From Isurus oxyrinchus (taxonomy: Eukaryota): 64,000 bases of DNA. Position numbers and translations under genes: made by a program. Below are positions 44,458-56,509 of the stretch, piece by piece. The first letter of the stretch is position 1; every line of letters begins with the position of its first letter. The notes under the pieces are model-generated. The model ran no database searches. It was not told where the DNA came from and saw only the letters and a list, made by a program, of their open reading frames with translations. The stretch lies in the NCBI GenBank assembly GCA_026770705.1, contig JANJGN010000011.1:13826001-13890000 (forward strand). The letters are read 5' to 3'.

Positions 44458-44850
44458 TCAACAACAACTTGCATTTTTTGGCACAACTAACATAGCAAAA
44501 TATCCCAAGGTGCTTAAAAGCATTATCAATCAAAATTTGACACTAGGCCAAGAAAATAAATCTTAGAATGGTGACCAAAGCTTTCGGTCAAAGAAGTAGG
44601 TTTTAAGGAATATTTTAAAGAAAGACAGAGAGGCGGAGAGACAGAGAAATTTTAGAGATGAAATTTCAGAGTTTTGGGTCCATTTAATCGAAGGCACGAT
44701 CACCAATGATAGGGGTGATTAAAATCTGGCATCCATTGAGACCAGAATTGGAAGAGGGCAGAGAGTTATAGCTCTGGAGGAAGTTAAAAAAGCACAAATG
44801 GGCGAAGCCGTGGAAAGATGAATTTGAAAACAAAGGCGGGAGTTTTGTGG
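44458..44850 (-). mobile_element. L2-like LINE 3'-end remnant
   Basis: CAACAACAACTTGCATTT...CCCAAGGTGCTT tail (shared with the Deu-SINE 3' end) and GGTGACCAAAGC...GGTTTTAAGGA body. Second copy at 45520. Confidence 0.65.
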
Positions 44851-45519
44851 AGGCCTTTATTAAGTAATATCGCAAAAAAAAACTTGCATTGAAATTGCAC
44901 ATTCAAAATCTACCATTTCACATGTGCTGATGTGACAGTGTTATTTGTCAGGGCACTTAAAGGAAATCCTTGGAGACAAGTCTAGCTAAATTTAGTACAT
45001 ATCCACAAAACATAGAAAATATAATGTCTGCCTCATGATGAGTTTTTCCATTACAAGTTACCATGTTCATATTTATAATTGCTCTACCCATGTATACGCA
45101 CTTATTGGCTTTTAGGTCTTAAAGAAAAATTAGAACTTTTATAAAAATGCATATCAGCTTATTCAAGACTGTTGGTTAGTTTCTCCCCACTCAGTCTTTG
45201 CATACTTCGTCCAATCAAGCCTTGAAATAAGAAATATACAAACAAAAACATTTTAATTAGTTTTCTCCAACATTTAATATAACGGAAATATTGGACAGAG
45301 AGCAGCCGTTTTATTATTTTTAGAAAAATTTATACCTGAGGGAACTTGATATTTTAGAAAATGTCAACATCTAATTATGCCATCCATTATTTCATCAAAT
45401 CTTTGGAAGAAGAACTAGAATTGCTAAGACAATGTTTTAACTCCGTGCTACTGACAGGAACTGAATGCATTAGGCTCCGAAATTGGAAATTTGGGCATAG
45501 ACTAAGTCTGAATAATACA

Positions 45520-45910
45520 ACGACAGTGATAATGTTCATTTATGCAATAAAATGCCTCACAGCACTTTCACAGGAACATTACCAGACAAAATTCGCCACG
45601 AAACCACATAAAGAGATATTAGGACCGGTGACCAGAAACATACTCAAAGAGATATGCTTTAAGGAGCATTTTAAAGGAGGAGAGAGAGGTAGAGAAGCAT
45701 AGAGGTTTAGGAGCGGAATTGTAGAATGTAGGGCTCATATAGCTGTAAAATGTATGGTGGAGTGATTAAGATCACAGCTGTGCAACAGGCCAGGATTGGA
45801 GAAGCGCAAAGATCTTGGAGGTTTGTACAGGGCCACAGATTACCGAGGCAGGGAAGATAATGGTGGGGTTTGAAAGCAAGGGTGGGAAATTTAAAATTGA
45901 GGCATTTATT
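45520..45910 (-). mobile_element. L2-like LINE 3'-end remnant (second copy)
   Basis: Colinear similarity with 44458-44850 (GGTGACCAG...AAAGAG...TTTAAGGAGCATTTTAAAGGAGGAGAGAGAGG). Confidence 0.65.
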
Positions 45911-46879
45911 TAGAATTACATAGAATTTACAGCAACGTGTTACAATTTGGCCAACTTGTTCATATGCTTCACATAAGTCTCCCCATCAAAATGACTTCTT
46001 CTAACTCAATGAGCATGTGCTTCTAATTCATTTCTATTTCATAAACATTTTTTGGCTCCCTGTTAAATACACCATCAATTTTAGTAGTTGCAGAATCAAA
46101 TGCCAAGTTGTTATAAATCTGTTTGAATTGCTCATACCTCAGATGAACTATTGTGAATATCTAGCTCATAATTCATGTTTTGGAATGTTACTAATAGTTT
46201 TAGGAATTAAAATTTTACCTGTAGAAAATGGGGGCACCTGACTGAGAAACTGATGAGAAACTCTGATGTAAATCAGAGCCTGGGTTTATTATGCTTTAAA
46301 GTTAACGTGTGTTTATCTTACATGGTCAGTGATGAGATGTAAACCTTGAACCAACGAATGACCCTCATCTCTGGATTTGTAAGTTTCACACTTGCTTCAA
46401 TAAAGTATTTAAATCATGTACACAGCTCCCAGATCAAAAGAAGGTAAAAGAAGGATATAAACAGGAGGGCTCCTTAACAGGGCCTGCATTTCCGAAGAGA
46501 GCATAACTATATCCATTAACAATATGCAATATCAAATGGGTTACAGAATTAAAGACTTATGTTGAAAGTAAAATAACATATTTGCATTTCTGGTTGAAAC
46601 ATTCCATAGCATGCCACTCTGCCATGGAGATAGTTGTTCAGGGTGGAGCCATGGTTAGAAAGTCTTTTTGTTTAATTTATGTGTGCGTGTTTGCTGACAG
46701 AAGCCGGCAGTCACAATTTGGACTGTGTGATTGAAAGGCATGTGGAAGATTTGCTCTAGCTTGCAGCAATTGGAAGAGATCTACAGTGGTCCTCACAGAG
46801 CCTTGTGGCAGAAAGCAATTAGCAGGGTTAGCTTGTAAAGATATGAATGGATGGATGAAAAAGGAGCAAACTGGAATTA

Positions 46880-47130
46880 AGTTAGGGCAATTTGGTAGTT
46901 ATTGCATGAAATTAGCAACCCTGAAATTGTGAGTTCAAATTCCACTGTGATAAGTCTAAATAATTAAATTGGAAAAATCTGGTGATTTGTAAGGATGTGA
47001 CGGAACTGAGTTAATAAATTCCTTCAGGGAAGGGAACCTCATCTGGTCTGTCTGTAGATCTTGATTCAGGCCACTAGAGTTGGACAATATTTACTGCTTT
47101 GTCAGTATTACCTATATCCTAAAGACAAAA
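46880..47130 (+). mobile_element. Decayed tRNA-derived SINE, same family as 59115-59520
   Basis: B-box-like GAGTTCAAATTCC and the TCCTTCAGGGAAGGGAACC body motif. Confidence 0.45.
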
Positions 47131-47894
47131 AAAACATAATGCAATGGATCTGATTTCCATTCAATGACGGTGAATAAGAACCTCATTTGGCAGTCATCTT
47201 GAATATCCTAACTGATTACAAAATATATACAAATTTACTTCAAATCAGTAAATAATGCAGCAGTTTGATTTTCTTTAAAGATTATTTTATTAATCTAGCT
47301 TTGAGGTATATTATCTAAACAGAATCACAAATTCAGAATCCTTTACAGACTGAGAATGGGAAGTTTGTGTATTAAGATGGTGTTGAGATAAGACAAGGAG
47401 CCCACCAACCAGTGAGGAGGTGCATTGTTGTGTTAGTTAATTGGAATCTGTATTAAAGGTAGAATGTTAAGTAAAGACTCGCTTCTTAAAGGTAAGAAGT
47501 TAGCCAAAAATGGCTAGCAACCACAAAGCAATCAGAGAATTGGCCAGTTACAGTCGGTCCCAGTCCAGAATCAATGGCAATTATCATAATTGGCTTGAGC
47601 TATTCCAAGATAACCCACAAAGCATTAAATTTGAAAGGGTTTCATAGATTTATTAGGAAACATTTAGGAAAAGTAGCAAGGTTTTCACAATGTGTTTGGC
47701 TCCATTTCTTTTTTGATAATGTGATTTCAACGGGCAACAACTACAGAATCTAATGGACTGAGATGCTTCATGTACAAGCCTTTCGAAATGGAAAGTGTAC
47801 AGGATCATTTTATTCATTGAAACCAGAGGTTGCAAAATAAAATACCTTATTTCTATTTCATTATTATTTAAAATAGTAACTGCATGGGTAATAT

Positions 47895-48100
47895 TTAGCC
47901 CTCAGCTAACAACGCAGAAACAGATCATCTGGCCATTATCACATTGCTGTTTGTGGGAGCTTGCTATACACAAATTGTCTATTGTGTTCCAAAATTACAA
48001 CAGCGACTACATGTCAATAAGTACTTCATTGATTGTAAAGTGCTTTGAGATGTCCTGAGGCCTGGAAAGGTGCTATATAAATGAAAGTTCTTTCTTTTTA
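47895..48100 (+). mobile_element. Deu-domain SINE (SacSINE1/AmnSINE1-like) 3' portion
   Basis: CATTGCTGTTTGTGGGAGCTTGCT...TTACAACAGCGACTAC...GTACTTCATTG...AAAGGTGCTATATAAATG, the recalled DeuSINE 3' consensus. Confidence 0.8.
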
Positions 48101-48934
48101 TTCAAAATAAGGCATAAGAAAATCCCCACTGTATTTACATTGGGGAAATATGTTAGGTCGGCCCAGGCTCACATGCTTGTATTCCATCAGAGGATTTATT
48201 TGAGTTCACACCCAAGTCATCACAAACATAATCCATAACAAAATGTACTTTAGCCGCAGCCCCCGCTCTATATGCAACATCAATACCCTGTTACATGAGC
48301 CTTCAGCATTGGAAGTGCTGGTGCTAAAATGGGAAACATGGGCTGAATGTTAATGTCTTTTGTCTGCCTCTCAAGATGAGTGTTTGTCCAACTGTATTGG
48401 CTGCTCATTTATCCTAGCTATCACCACCTATTCATCTCGCTCGGCTCTGAAGGTGAATCTGTGCATCTCCTTCATCAGAAGTGACAGCCAAACCAAGACC
48501 TACTCTGCTGAATACCAGCAACCCCTCATGATTCAGGCTCTAAGACAATAATACAAGAAGAATTAGATTAGACGCCATTAGATCCTCCAACTGACTAATG
48601 ATACTATGCTTTCTCAATCAGTTCATACTTTTCTTTTTTTTTAATCCTGATAAATCTTCATCCTACACTTCCTCTCTCAAGGTCTTGATTCCTTGCTGTG
48701 GTATGATTTCATAGGCACGAGTTGTCCTTCAGAGTCTCATCAAAGTGGTATAATTCTTGTGTGATCCTTGCCAATTGTGCTATTGGATCAAGGGGTGCAC
48801 ACTGCAGTCAAACTTTCAACTGTCCTTAACCAACATCCATATATACAGATCAAGGAGGGACAGCAAGCCAGAGTGAGAACTCAATGGTGGTAGCCTTCCA
48901 TCTTGTGCACTAGGGTCGTCAATTTTATATTAAG

Positions 48935-49935
48935 CATTGTCTGATGTGGCTCAGGGGCCCTACTATGTCATGGCAGTCCCTGCTGCATTTGTGGCAGAGG
49001 AAGACAGCGGGCTGAGAAGGTGCACAATTCGCTGGCCTCTTTTTAACCTGAGTCCCCTTCTCGGCCAGCTAAGCTTTTCATATCTGCTCACCCCTTCCAA
49101 TGCCCTTCCAAACAGTCAGCCTCAAAAGATCACAGCTGTCAGCGACTCTGTCCCAGTTATCAGAGTCAAATGTCCGCCTTCATGATATCTTACTTACAGG
49201 TGTCCTTGTTGTGGAGCTATGCTCACTAAGGAAGCCGTGGCCCAGTGGCCAGTTCACGACTCAGGTGGTTTTTTGGCCATCATCCATCCAGTGGTCATGG
49301 CCGAACTAGGGCAGTCATTGTCAGCTTAGCAATGAGGGCATGTTGATAGTATTAGCACACTCCAGCACCTCTGAATTGGTGACATTGTCCTTCGAAGAGA
49401 TGCTGAGGATATGTCTGAGGCAGCAAAGGCACAAACCATTCAGCCTTTTATCCTGCCTCAGATACGTTGTCCCGATCTCACTGTAGAGGAGGATGCTGAG
49501 GATACAAGCTTGGCGGCCTTGCAGTTTGGTGTCCTCAATCAGGTTGCTCTTGTTCCGCAACCTCTTACTCAGCTTGGACACAACATTTGTGATGCACAGC
49601 ATCAAGTGATAGATTGCTGGTGATTGCGGAACTTAGATATGTGAAGCTATCAACAAACTGCAGGGTCAAATGATTAAGGCTGAAAGATGATGGTATGGCA
49701 ACATCCTGGACAGTGATATTAGTCTTCTTGATGCTGATGGTCAAACCAGACTCTTAACAGACATGATAGCCTGTTGATTTGCCACTGAAGGTGTTCTTCA
49801 ATATGGAAGGTTAGTGCTGCATCATCAGTGTAAAGCAATTCTCTGATGAGGACTTGGCGCACCTTCAACTTGGATCTCAGGCGGGTAAGGTTGAACAGCT
49901 TTCCATCAGTTCAGCTATGAAAGTAAATACCCTCT
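48935..49935 (-). mobile_element. RTE-clade LINE, decayed RT and C-terminal part
   Basis: Minus-strand peptides VLIRELLYTDDAAL (about 49805-49850) and CLRHILSISSKDNVTNSEVL. Stops and frameshifts present. Confidence 0.85.
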
Positions 49936-50436
49936 GCCCTGTAAGATCTTCCACCTGGTCCAAAGTTCTTCCCTTTACTCTAGGCATCAATGGCACACGA
50001 CAACTTGGATATTGTTCCACCAAATGTGGTACACTTTTATTAAACCACTAAGGAACAGTACATACTCATTATAATATCAGTGGCTTAGCGTTGCTGCTAG
50101 CCAGAGTCTGTCTCGGTGCCTAATCCACTGACGAGTTCTCTGTGCTTGTCTTCAGAGCGACTGACCAGGTCACTCTAATGACTGCAGCAATGATGTCCCT
50201 GTGGACTCTTGCTTTATACCTTACTTGCTATGGTCCTGTGCCATATAAGGTAAAGCCTACTTTTAATCCATTTAATAGGTTTTTAATTACATCAGTGTCC
50301 TTTCGCATGCCTTCTGTTTAGGCCCCCTTTGAAAGCTACATGTGATGTGCCATAGCCAGCTTTGTTATCTCTAAAACAAAAACAGAATTACCTGGAAAAA
50401 CTCAGCAGGTTTGGCAGCATTGGCGGAGAAGAAACG

Positions 50437-50475
50437 AGTTGACGTTTCGAGTCCTCATGACCCTTCAACAGAACT
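50437..50475 (-). ncRNA. Minimal type I hammerhead-like motif of PLE (core variant CUGUUGA)
   Basis: Minus strand reads AGTT-CTGTTGA-A-GGGTC-ATGAG-GACTC-GAAA-CGTC-AACT: helix I AGTT/AACT, helix II GGGTC/GACTC, palindromic ACGT helix III. Confidence 0.7.
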
Positions 50476-51074
50476 GAGTGAGTATTAGGAGAGGGGTGAA
50501 ATATAAGCTGGTTTAAAGTAGGGGGAAGGGGGGTGGGGGAGTTGGGGGGAGAGAAGTGGGGGGGTGTGGTGTGGTTGTAGGGATAAGCAAGCAGTGATAG
50601 GAGCAGATAATCAAAAGATGTCATAGTCAGAAGAACAAAGAGGTGTTGAAGGTGGTGAAATGATCTAAACAAATGTGCTAATTAAGAATGGATGGCAGGA
50701 CATTCAAGGTACAGCTCTAGTGGGGGTGGGGTGGAAAGACTAGCAGGGCATAAAATATATAGATTTAAAAATAATGGAAATAGGTGGGAAAAGCAAAATC
50801 TATATAAATTATTAGAAAAAACAAAAGGAAGGGGGAAGAAACAGAAAGGGGGTGGGGATGGAGGAGGGAGTTCAAGATTTAAAGTTGTTGAATTCAATAT
50901 TCAGTCCGGAAGGTAAAGTGCCTAGTCGGAAGATGAGGTGCTGTTCCTCCAGTTTGCGTTGGGCTTCACTGGAACAATGCAGCAAGCCAAGGACAGACAT
51001 GTGGGCAAGAGAGCAGGGTGGAGTGTTAAAATGGCAAGCGACGGGGAGGTTTGGGTCATTCTTGCGGACAGATC

Positions 51075-51312
51075 ACAACTGGGCGACCGCTTTGCAAAAC
51101 ACCTGCGGTCTGTCCGCAAGAAAGACCCAAACCTCCCTGTCGCTTGCCATTTTAACACTCCATCCTGCTCTCTTGCCCACATGTCTGTCCTTGGCTTGCT
51201 ACATTGTTCCAGTGAAGCCCAACGCAAACTGGAGGAACAACACCTCATCTTCCGACTAGGCACTTTACAACCTTCCGGACTGAATATTGAATTCAACAAC
51301 TTTAAATCTTGA
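51075..51312 (+). pseudogene. PLE GIY-YIG endonuclease C-terminal fragment
   Basis: LGDRFAKHLRSVRKKDPNLPVACHFN...RKLEEQHLIFRLGTLQPSGLNIEF* has the R..H, HF, E and GLN pattern of PLE endonucleases. No N-terminus or RT. Confidence 0.88.
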
Positions 51313-52061
51313 ACTCCTTCCTCGATCCCCACCCCCTTTCTGTTTCTTCCCCCTTCCTTTTGTTTTTTCCATTAATTTATATAGATTTTTCTTTTCCCAC
51401 CTATTTCCATTATTTTTAAATCTATACCTTTTATGCCCTGCTAGTCTTTCCACCCCACCCCCACTAGAGCTGTACCTTGAGTGTCCTGCCATCCATTCCT
51501 AGTTAGCACATTCGTTTAGATAATATCACCACCCTCAACACCTCTTTGTTCTTCTGTCTGTGACATCTTTTGATTATCTGCTCCTATCCCTGCTTGCTTG
51601 TCCCTACAACCACCCCACCCCCAACTTCTTTCCCCCCAAACCCACCCCCCACTCCACCTTGTTATCTCTAACACTGTTATCAATCCAAAAGCTGTGAGAA
51701 GGAGACATGTTTACTATCACTTAACGAGACACAGTCTGTTTCTCTTCTCTGGTATGAGAACTCCTGCAGTTTTATTCGTTTTGCAGAACTTGCTAATTCT
51801 GGCAAGGCTTTGTCTTGGCTAAATTAACCATCCTGCCTTGGGTTTTCAAGCCCATATTACATCCCAGGACAGTTCTTTATATGTATTTGGTCTGGGTTAT
51901 CCTTTCCCGTTGATGTTCCATGTTATCACCATGAGCCAGATTCCGCAAAGAGACCTACACCAAAACCAATCTACATTTATTAATATAAATAAAATAAAGA
52001 TATAGTTGCACAGTTAAAGAGTGATTGCGCAATAAAATGCTAAATAATACATTGGCTTACA

Positions 52062-52812
52062 GTAGATGAGGTGAAGGCATATGACTGCAAGGAAGATAAG
52101 AGTATGGCAAAGTGTGTCTGAGCCAGAACACAACCTTTTTCATCCCACCGCGATCTCAAAGAGTTCAGATGTTACCCCACCATAGTTGACCTTACCCAAC
52201 ATGTTGTCATGGAAAGAGGAGATCACATTGAGCAGTTTCACAGGGCATTCAATTCTTTTCCAGCAGCTTAAATCGACCACTTCTGCTCACACTGTCAAGT
52301 GCCTTGGTGAGATCGATGGAGGCGACACACATTAGTTTCCTTTGCTCATGGCATTTCTCTTGCAGCTGTCGAAAGTTGATGTCAAGTGTAGATCTTCCAG
52401 TTCTGAAACCACAATGGCATTCAGGAATGCATGTGTTCAGCTAAGATCTGCAGTCTGATATGGGAGACACAAATACCTTTCGCGTAGTACTCGACAGGGA
52501 GATGCTTCGATAGCCGTTGTAATCACTGTGGTCACCCTTTTTCTTGTACGGGGTCACAATCTTTGCATCACACACATTTGGGACACTGCACCCTCCCTCC
52601 TACAGATATAGAAATGTTCATGCAGATGCTGCAAGAACTCCAGTTCCCAGTACTTGATGAGTTCAGCCAGTATTGCATCATCACCTTCAATCTTGCCCAC
52701 AGCAAGTGAGTCAGTAGCTTTGCTAAGCTCCTCCACTTCAGGTTCGATATCCAGCTCTGCTCTAACAGGCAGGCTTTCTATGGTGCTCAGAGCTTCCTCG
52801 GTGACAGTGCCC
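52062..52812 (-). mobile_element. RTE LINE, N-terminal RT region (continuation)
   Basis: Minus-strand TVTEEALSTIESLPVRAELDIEPEVEELSKA...GDDAILAELIK and IDLTKALD motifs. Confidence 0.85.
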
Positions 52813-52996
52813 TTTTTCTTTTATACATTCATGGTGTGTGGGCATCGCTGGCTTGGCCAGCATTTATTGCCCATCCTTAATTGCCCTTGAGAAGGTGGTG
52901 GTGAGCTGCCTTCTTGAACTGCTGCAGTCCATGTGGTGTAGGTACACCCACAGTGCTGTTAGGGAGGGAGTTCCAGGACTTTCATCCAGCGACAGC
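52813..52996 (-). mobile_element. CR1-group LINE 3' end
   Basis: Reverse complement of the tail CAAGGGCAATTAAGGATGGGCAATAAATGCTGGCC, matching 53800-53979. Confidence 0.85.
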
Positions 52997-53364
52997 AAAA
53001 GCACCGAGAGCCACTCGAAGTAAAATTCACCAAACTGCGAGGTGGTGCACTAACGACCACTGGTTACAACTCAGCCAGGACATTTGAAACGGTGTGTGCT
53101 GGGGTAATTTATGAAGGGATAAAAAAGGCAACAGGTCCATCAGCCATGAAAGCAACTCCATTGAAAACAAAGGCAGGGGAAGTCATCACCCACTGCAATT
53201 AACAGTTGTAGAGATGGATCAAACACTGAAATAAAAACAGAACTTGGGGGAAAAACTCAGCATGTCTGGCAGCATCTGTGGAGAAACAGAGTTAACGTTT
53301 CACATCCAATATGACTCTTCTTCGGATGTGTGGAACACTACTTTGAAATGTACTCCAGGGAGTA
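52997..53364 (+). mobile_element. Inverted internal segment of the RTE LINE
   Basis: Plus-strand KAPRATRSK...YEGIKKATGP...VEHYFEMYSRE is the linker missing between the minus-strand RTE pieces. Confidence 0.8.
53228..53326 (-). mobile_element. Short PLE-type 3' fragment with decayed hammerhead motif (related subfamily)
   Basis: Minus strand CCGAAGA-AGAGTC...GAAA-CGTT-AACT followed by GATGCTGCCAGACATGCTGAG. Interrupts the RTE at the ERWVEHY-like motif. Confidence 0.7.
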
Positions 53365-53979
53365 CTATCTTCAGCTGTTTCATCAATGACCTCCCCTCCA
53401 TCATAAGATCAGAAGTGGGGATGTTCACTGATGATCGCACAAAGTTCAGCACCATTTGCAACTCCTCAGATACTGAAGAGGTCCATGTCGAAACGCAGCA
53501 AGCCTGGGCAATATAAAGGTTTGGGCAAATAACATTAATGCCACACAAGTACCAGGGCAAAGCAGCCTGCTTGATTGGCACCCCATCCACAAACATTCAC
53601 TCCCTCCACCACCGACGCACACTGGCGGCAGTGTGTGCTACCTACAAGATGCACTGCAGGAAGTCACCAAAGTTCCTTGACAGTACTTCCCAAACCCATG
53701 ACTGCTACCATCTGGAAGGACAGGGGCAGCAGACACATGGGAACACCCCCATCTGGAAGTTCTCCTCCAAGCCACTCACCACCCTGAAATATATTGTCAT
53801 TCCTTCACCATCGCTGGGTCAAAATCCTGGAGATCCCTCCCGTGGGTGTACCTACATCGCATGGACAGCAGCGATTCAAGAAGGCGACTCACCACTGCCA
53901 TCTCAAGGACAATTAGGGGTGGGCAATAAGTGTTGGCCTAGCCAGTGATGCCCACATCCCATGAATGAATTAAAAAAAA
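53365..53979 (+). mobile_element. CR1-group LINE: RT fragment with internal deletion, plus 3' tail
   Basis: TIFSCFINDLPSIIRSEVGMFTDD (decayed FADD motif), HSLHHRR motif, tail ...CCCACATCCCATGAATGAATTAAAAAAAA. Confidence 0.85.
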
Positions 53980-54765
53980 CTTTAGGGTTTTGCTACTCAG
54001 TTCTCACTTGTGCGGACCGCTTGGTTTCAGTAATAGGTTCCATCACTGAGACGTTAGCCTCAGACCAGTTAGCATTTTTGCACCCTTGCTTCTCATATGT
54101 TGAGAGTGCTGTTTTGTGCCTTGAAGTATGTTCCATCTTACTTCTGCGCCCTCTGTAGGAATGCCAGAGAATGCCTGTTTAATTGAGTTGCGGAACCTTT
54201 GGTTTTTCCCTGGGTAGGCAGTATAGCAGACGTTGATATGAGGACAGCATTTTTGCTATGATGCATTGCATCCTCGCCCGAGCACGCAGCAGGGAGCGAT
54301 CTGTATCACAGTCAGTGCTGTGGTAGCTGTGTGTGTTGAGAATACTGTGAAAAGAGTCATGTCTGGTGATGGTCAGTTCCACTTGGTGCCGATGCCCTGA
54401 TCTTGGATGTCTCCAGGACACCTTGTGGCATGGTTTGTTCTGAAAGAAGGTGTTTGTTATGCAGGGCTTGTAGTAAAAGCAAAGCTCAAATACTCTTTCT
54501 CCATTTTCAGTTATCTTTCCCAGGTCATGATGTCAAAGGCAAGAGGGCAACGTCTCACGGTCCACTCCCACTCTTGCATTGAAATCCCCCAATAGGTAAA
54601 GATGTTCTGACTTAGGGATTCTACAGATAGTAGTGTCAAACTTCTCATAGAACAAGTCTTCTGTTGTCTGAGGTGGAGCATAGACACTCAAGAGATTAAC
54701 TGGCCCTGTTTGAGTTGAGGGGTGGATGGAGAGAACATGTTCTGAATTAGTTCTGAGGGGTCGCA
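53980..54765 (-). mobile_element. RTE LINE, AP-endonuclease region
   Basis: LLSVYAP...LYLLGDFNARVG and SWRHPRSGH...TDCDTDRSLL motifs. Confidence 0.88.
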
Positions 54766-55369
54766 GTTTATCATTGGCAGGAGTGAGTGCCTTTGAATGA
54801 GGGACCTCCCTTGGGAGCCTCTGCAACACTATATGGGTTTGCTTGTCATGCTCCTTGCATGGCGAGTCACTCACCCAACAGTGGGTTAACACCAGTGGTG
54901 CCAAGATGAGGCCGTTAAGTGAGCATTAATTTCCTACTTAAGGCACTCAATGCCTGGCCAAGGGACTGCGTGTCAGGAACAAGGGGAAGCCCCTAAGTGC
55001 CACCTCCCCTGCCTTGCTGTGGAGCCCCATCGTCACCCTTCCACTGCAACCTCCACCCCACAACTTCCTGCTTGCCATCACGCGCTTGTGCCTGGGTGCA
55101 TCAGTGACCCTAGGCCTCAGGTGGGTGTAGTACCAGCAGCAGCCACTGCCTACTCAATAGCATTTCCGAGCAATGATGAGCTGCTGGCTCAATTATACGG
55201 CGGCTCTTGGAGGCCGGGACTCCTGCCTCCCCAGTTTCCATGATCCTGAGGAGGGCCTGCCACTGCTCAGCTAGATGCCTGATTAGGGCCTTCCCAAAAA
55301 GAGGGAACAAGGGATTCTTACCACTAGAGAGCTGGCGGGCGAGACCCTGTCACCTCCATTACACTTAAT

Positions 55370-55468
55370 TATCTTTCTCACTGCGCCGTTGCTGCTTGAC
55401 ACGCTGAGCACTTTCAGCATTTTCTGTTTTTCTCTCAAATTTCCAGAATCTGTAGTATTTTGCTTTTT
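55370..55468 (+). mobile_element. Decayed PLE-type 3' tail
   Basis: GCTGCTTGACACGCTGAGCACTTTCAGCATTTTCTGTTTTT...TTTCCAGAATCTGTAG resembles 60320-60400. Confidence 0.55.
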
Positions 55469-55916
55469 AATTACCTAATTGACACCCACAATAAATGTTG
55501 AAATATTTGACGCTTATGCATCAGAGAACCTGCCCGATTTAACAATCTCAACAAAAGAATACATTTGGCAGGACTCCCCAAATGGCATTGTAATTATTTA
55601 GAATGCTGAGCCTGGTATGGTGAATAGGTTTCTACAGGATTGAGTTTTGAGGTTAATCTGAAACCAATTAAAAAAGGGGTGGGCCCAAAAACTTTTTGAT
55701 ATGTTCCAATGGTATTCCACCCTTCACAACATGAACCCAACAAGAGGGTAAACAGCTTTAGTACATTCTTGGTACTTAACGTGATGAATCTTGCATAAGC
55801 TCCTCATTCAAAGAATGGTGTTTCACAGAGCTGGCATGAATCCAATGATTCCAGCATTCACATTGATATGAAATATTATTCTCATCCTCCCATCTTGTCT
55901 GAGTTCACTTCAGGGT

Positions 55917-56228
55917 GTCAGCCTTGACTCAGTGGTGGCATGTTTATCTCAGTCAGAAGGTCATGGGTTCATGCCTCACTCCTAAGGATTCTCTAGGCTG
56001 ACATGTTTAGTGTCAAAGGTGCCATCTTTCAGATGTCTCCATGTCTCCAACTGCACTCTCAGGTTGACACAAAAGTTCCCCTTGCACTATTCAACCAAAA
56101 ACAGGGCCGTTCTTCCCAGTGATCTGGTCAATGTTTATTCCTCAAGGAAAATCGCCAAAAGCAAATTATTGTTTCCTACCGTTTGTGAGACTTTGCTATG
56201 CACTTCTGACATGACGGTACTTAAAGTT
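55917..56228 (+). mobile_element. Deu-domain SINE, near full length, decayed
   Basis: tRNA-like head (GACTCAGTGGT...GGGTTCATGCC), Deu core GGTGCCATCTTTCAGATG...CTCTCAGGTTGAC. Confidence 0.75.
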
Positions 56229-56509
56229 GGAGTCTAACACACAAAGCAGCCTTTTGGTTGGAGGCTGCTGACCCTATCTGCTGGCTATTTATCTTGATTT
56301 GGGGACCCAGGGCCAAAGCTCAGGAGCGCAAAATGAACAAGCTCAAGGAAGATTGAAATAGACCTTTGCCTAAAGCAATTCATGCTGTGTCAATTAATAC
56401 TTTGAACAAAGGAACTAGCTGACTACTTAGCAATCCATTCACCTTCCTTTGTGAGGCGGCCATCAAATAAGACATGGAAGAGGATGAAGCGCTATGGGGA
56501 ATGAGTCTT

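Larger units (their letters stand above)
50375..51658. mobile_element. PLE, fold-back (inverted) 5'-truncated insertion
   Basis: 13-bp TSD TTGTTATCTCTAA (50362-50374, 51659-51671). Left arm (to about 51074) is the reverse complement of the right arm (51107-51658). Both arms encode the C-terminus of a GIY-YIG endonuclease. Confidence 0.92.
49940..52061. mobile_element. Solo-LTR-like insertion interrupting the RTE (about 0.8 kb net of the nested PLE)
   Basis: Starts TGTAAG and ends CTTACA (TG..CA inverted ends). The RTE frame (..YAFTSST / EGIYF..) resumes on either side. The 4-bp flanks GCCC and GTAG do not match, so no TSD. Confidence 0.5.

Noticed and set aside
48405-48550. Exon-like segment with splice-like signals on both strands
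   Set aside because: Peptides are unrecognised and the signals are weak.
50388-51502. Mirror-image ORF pairs (e.g. 50692+ and 51265-)
   Set aside because: A by-product of the PLE palindrome. Only the endonuclease frame is meaningful.
54770-55365. GC-richer segment resembling an interspersed non-autonomous repeat
   Set aside because: Could not define ends, TIRs or a TSD, so it is left unclassified.
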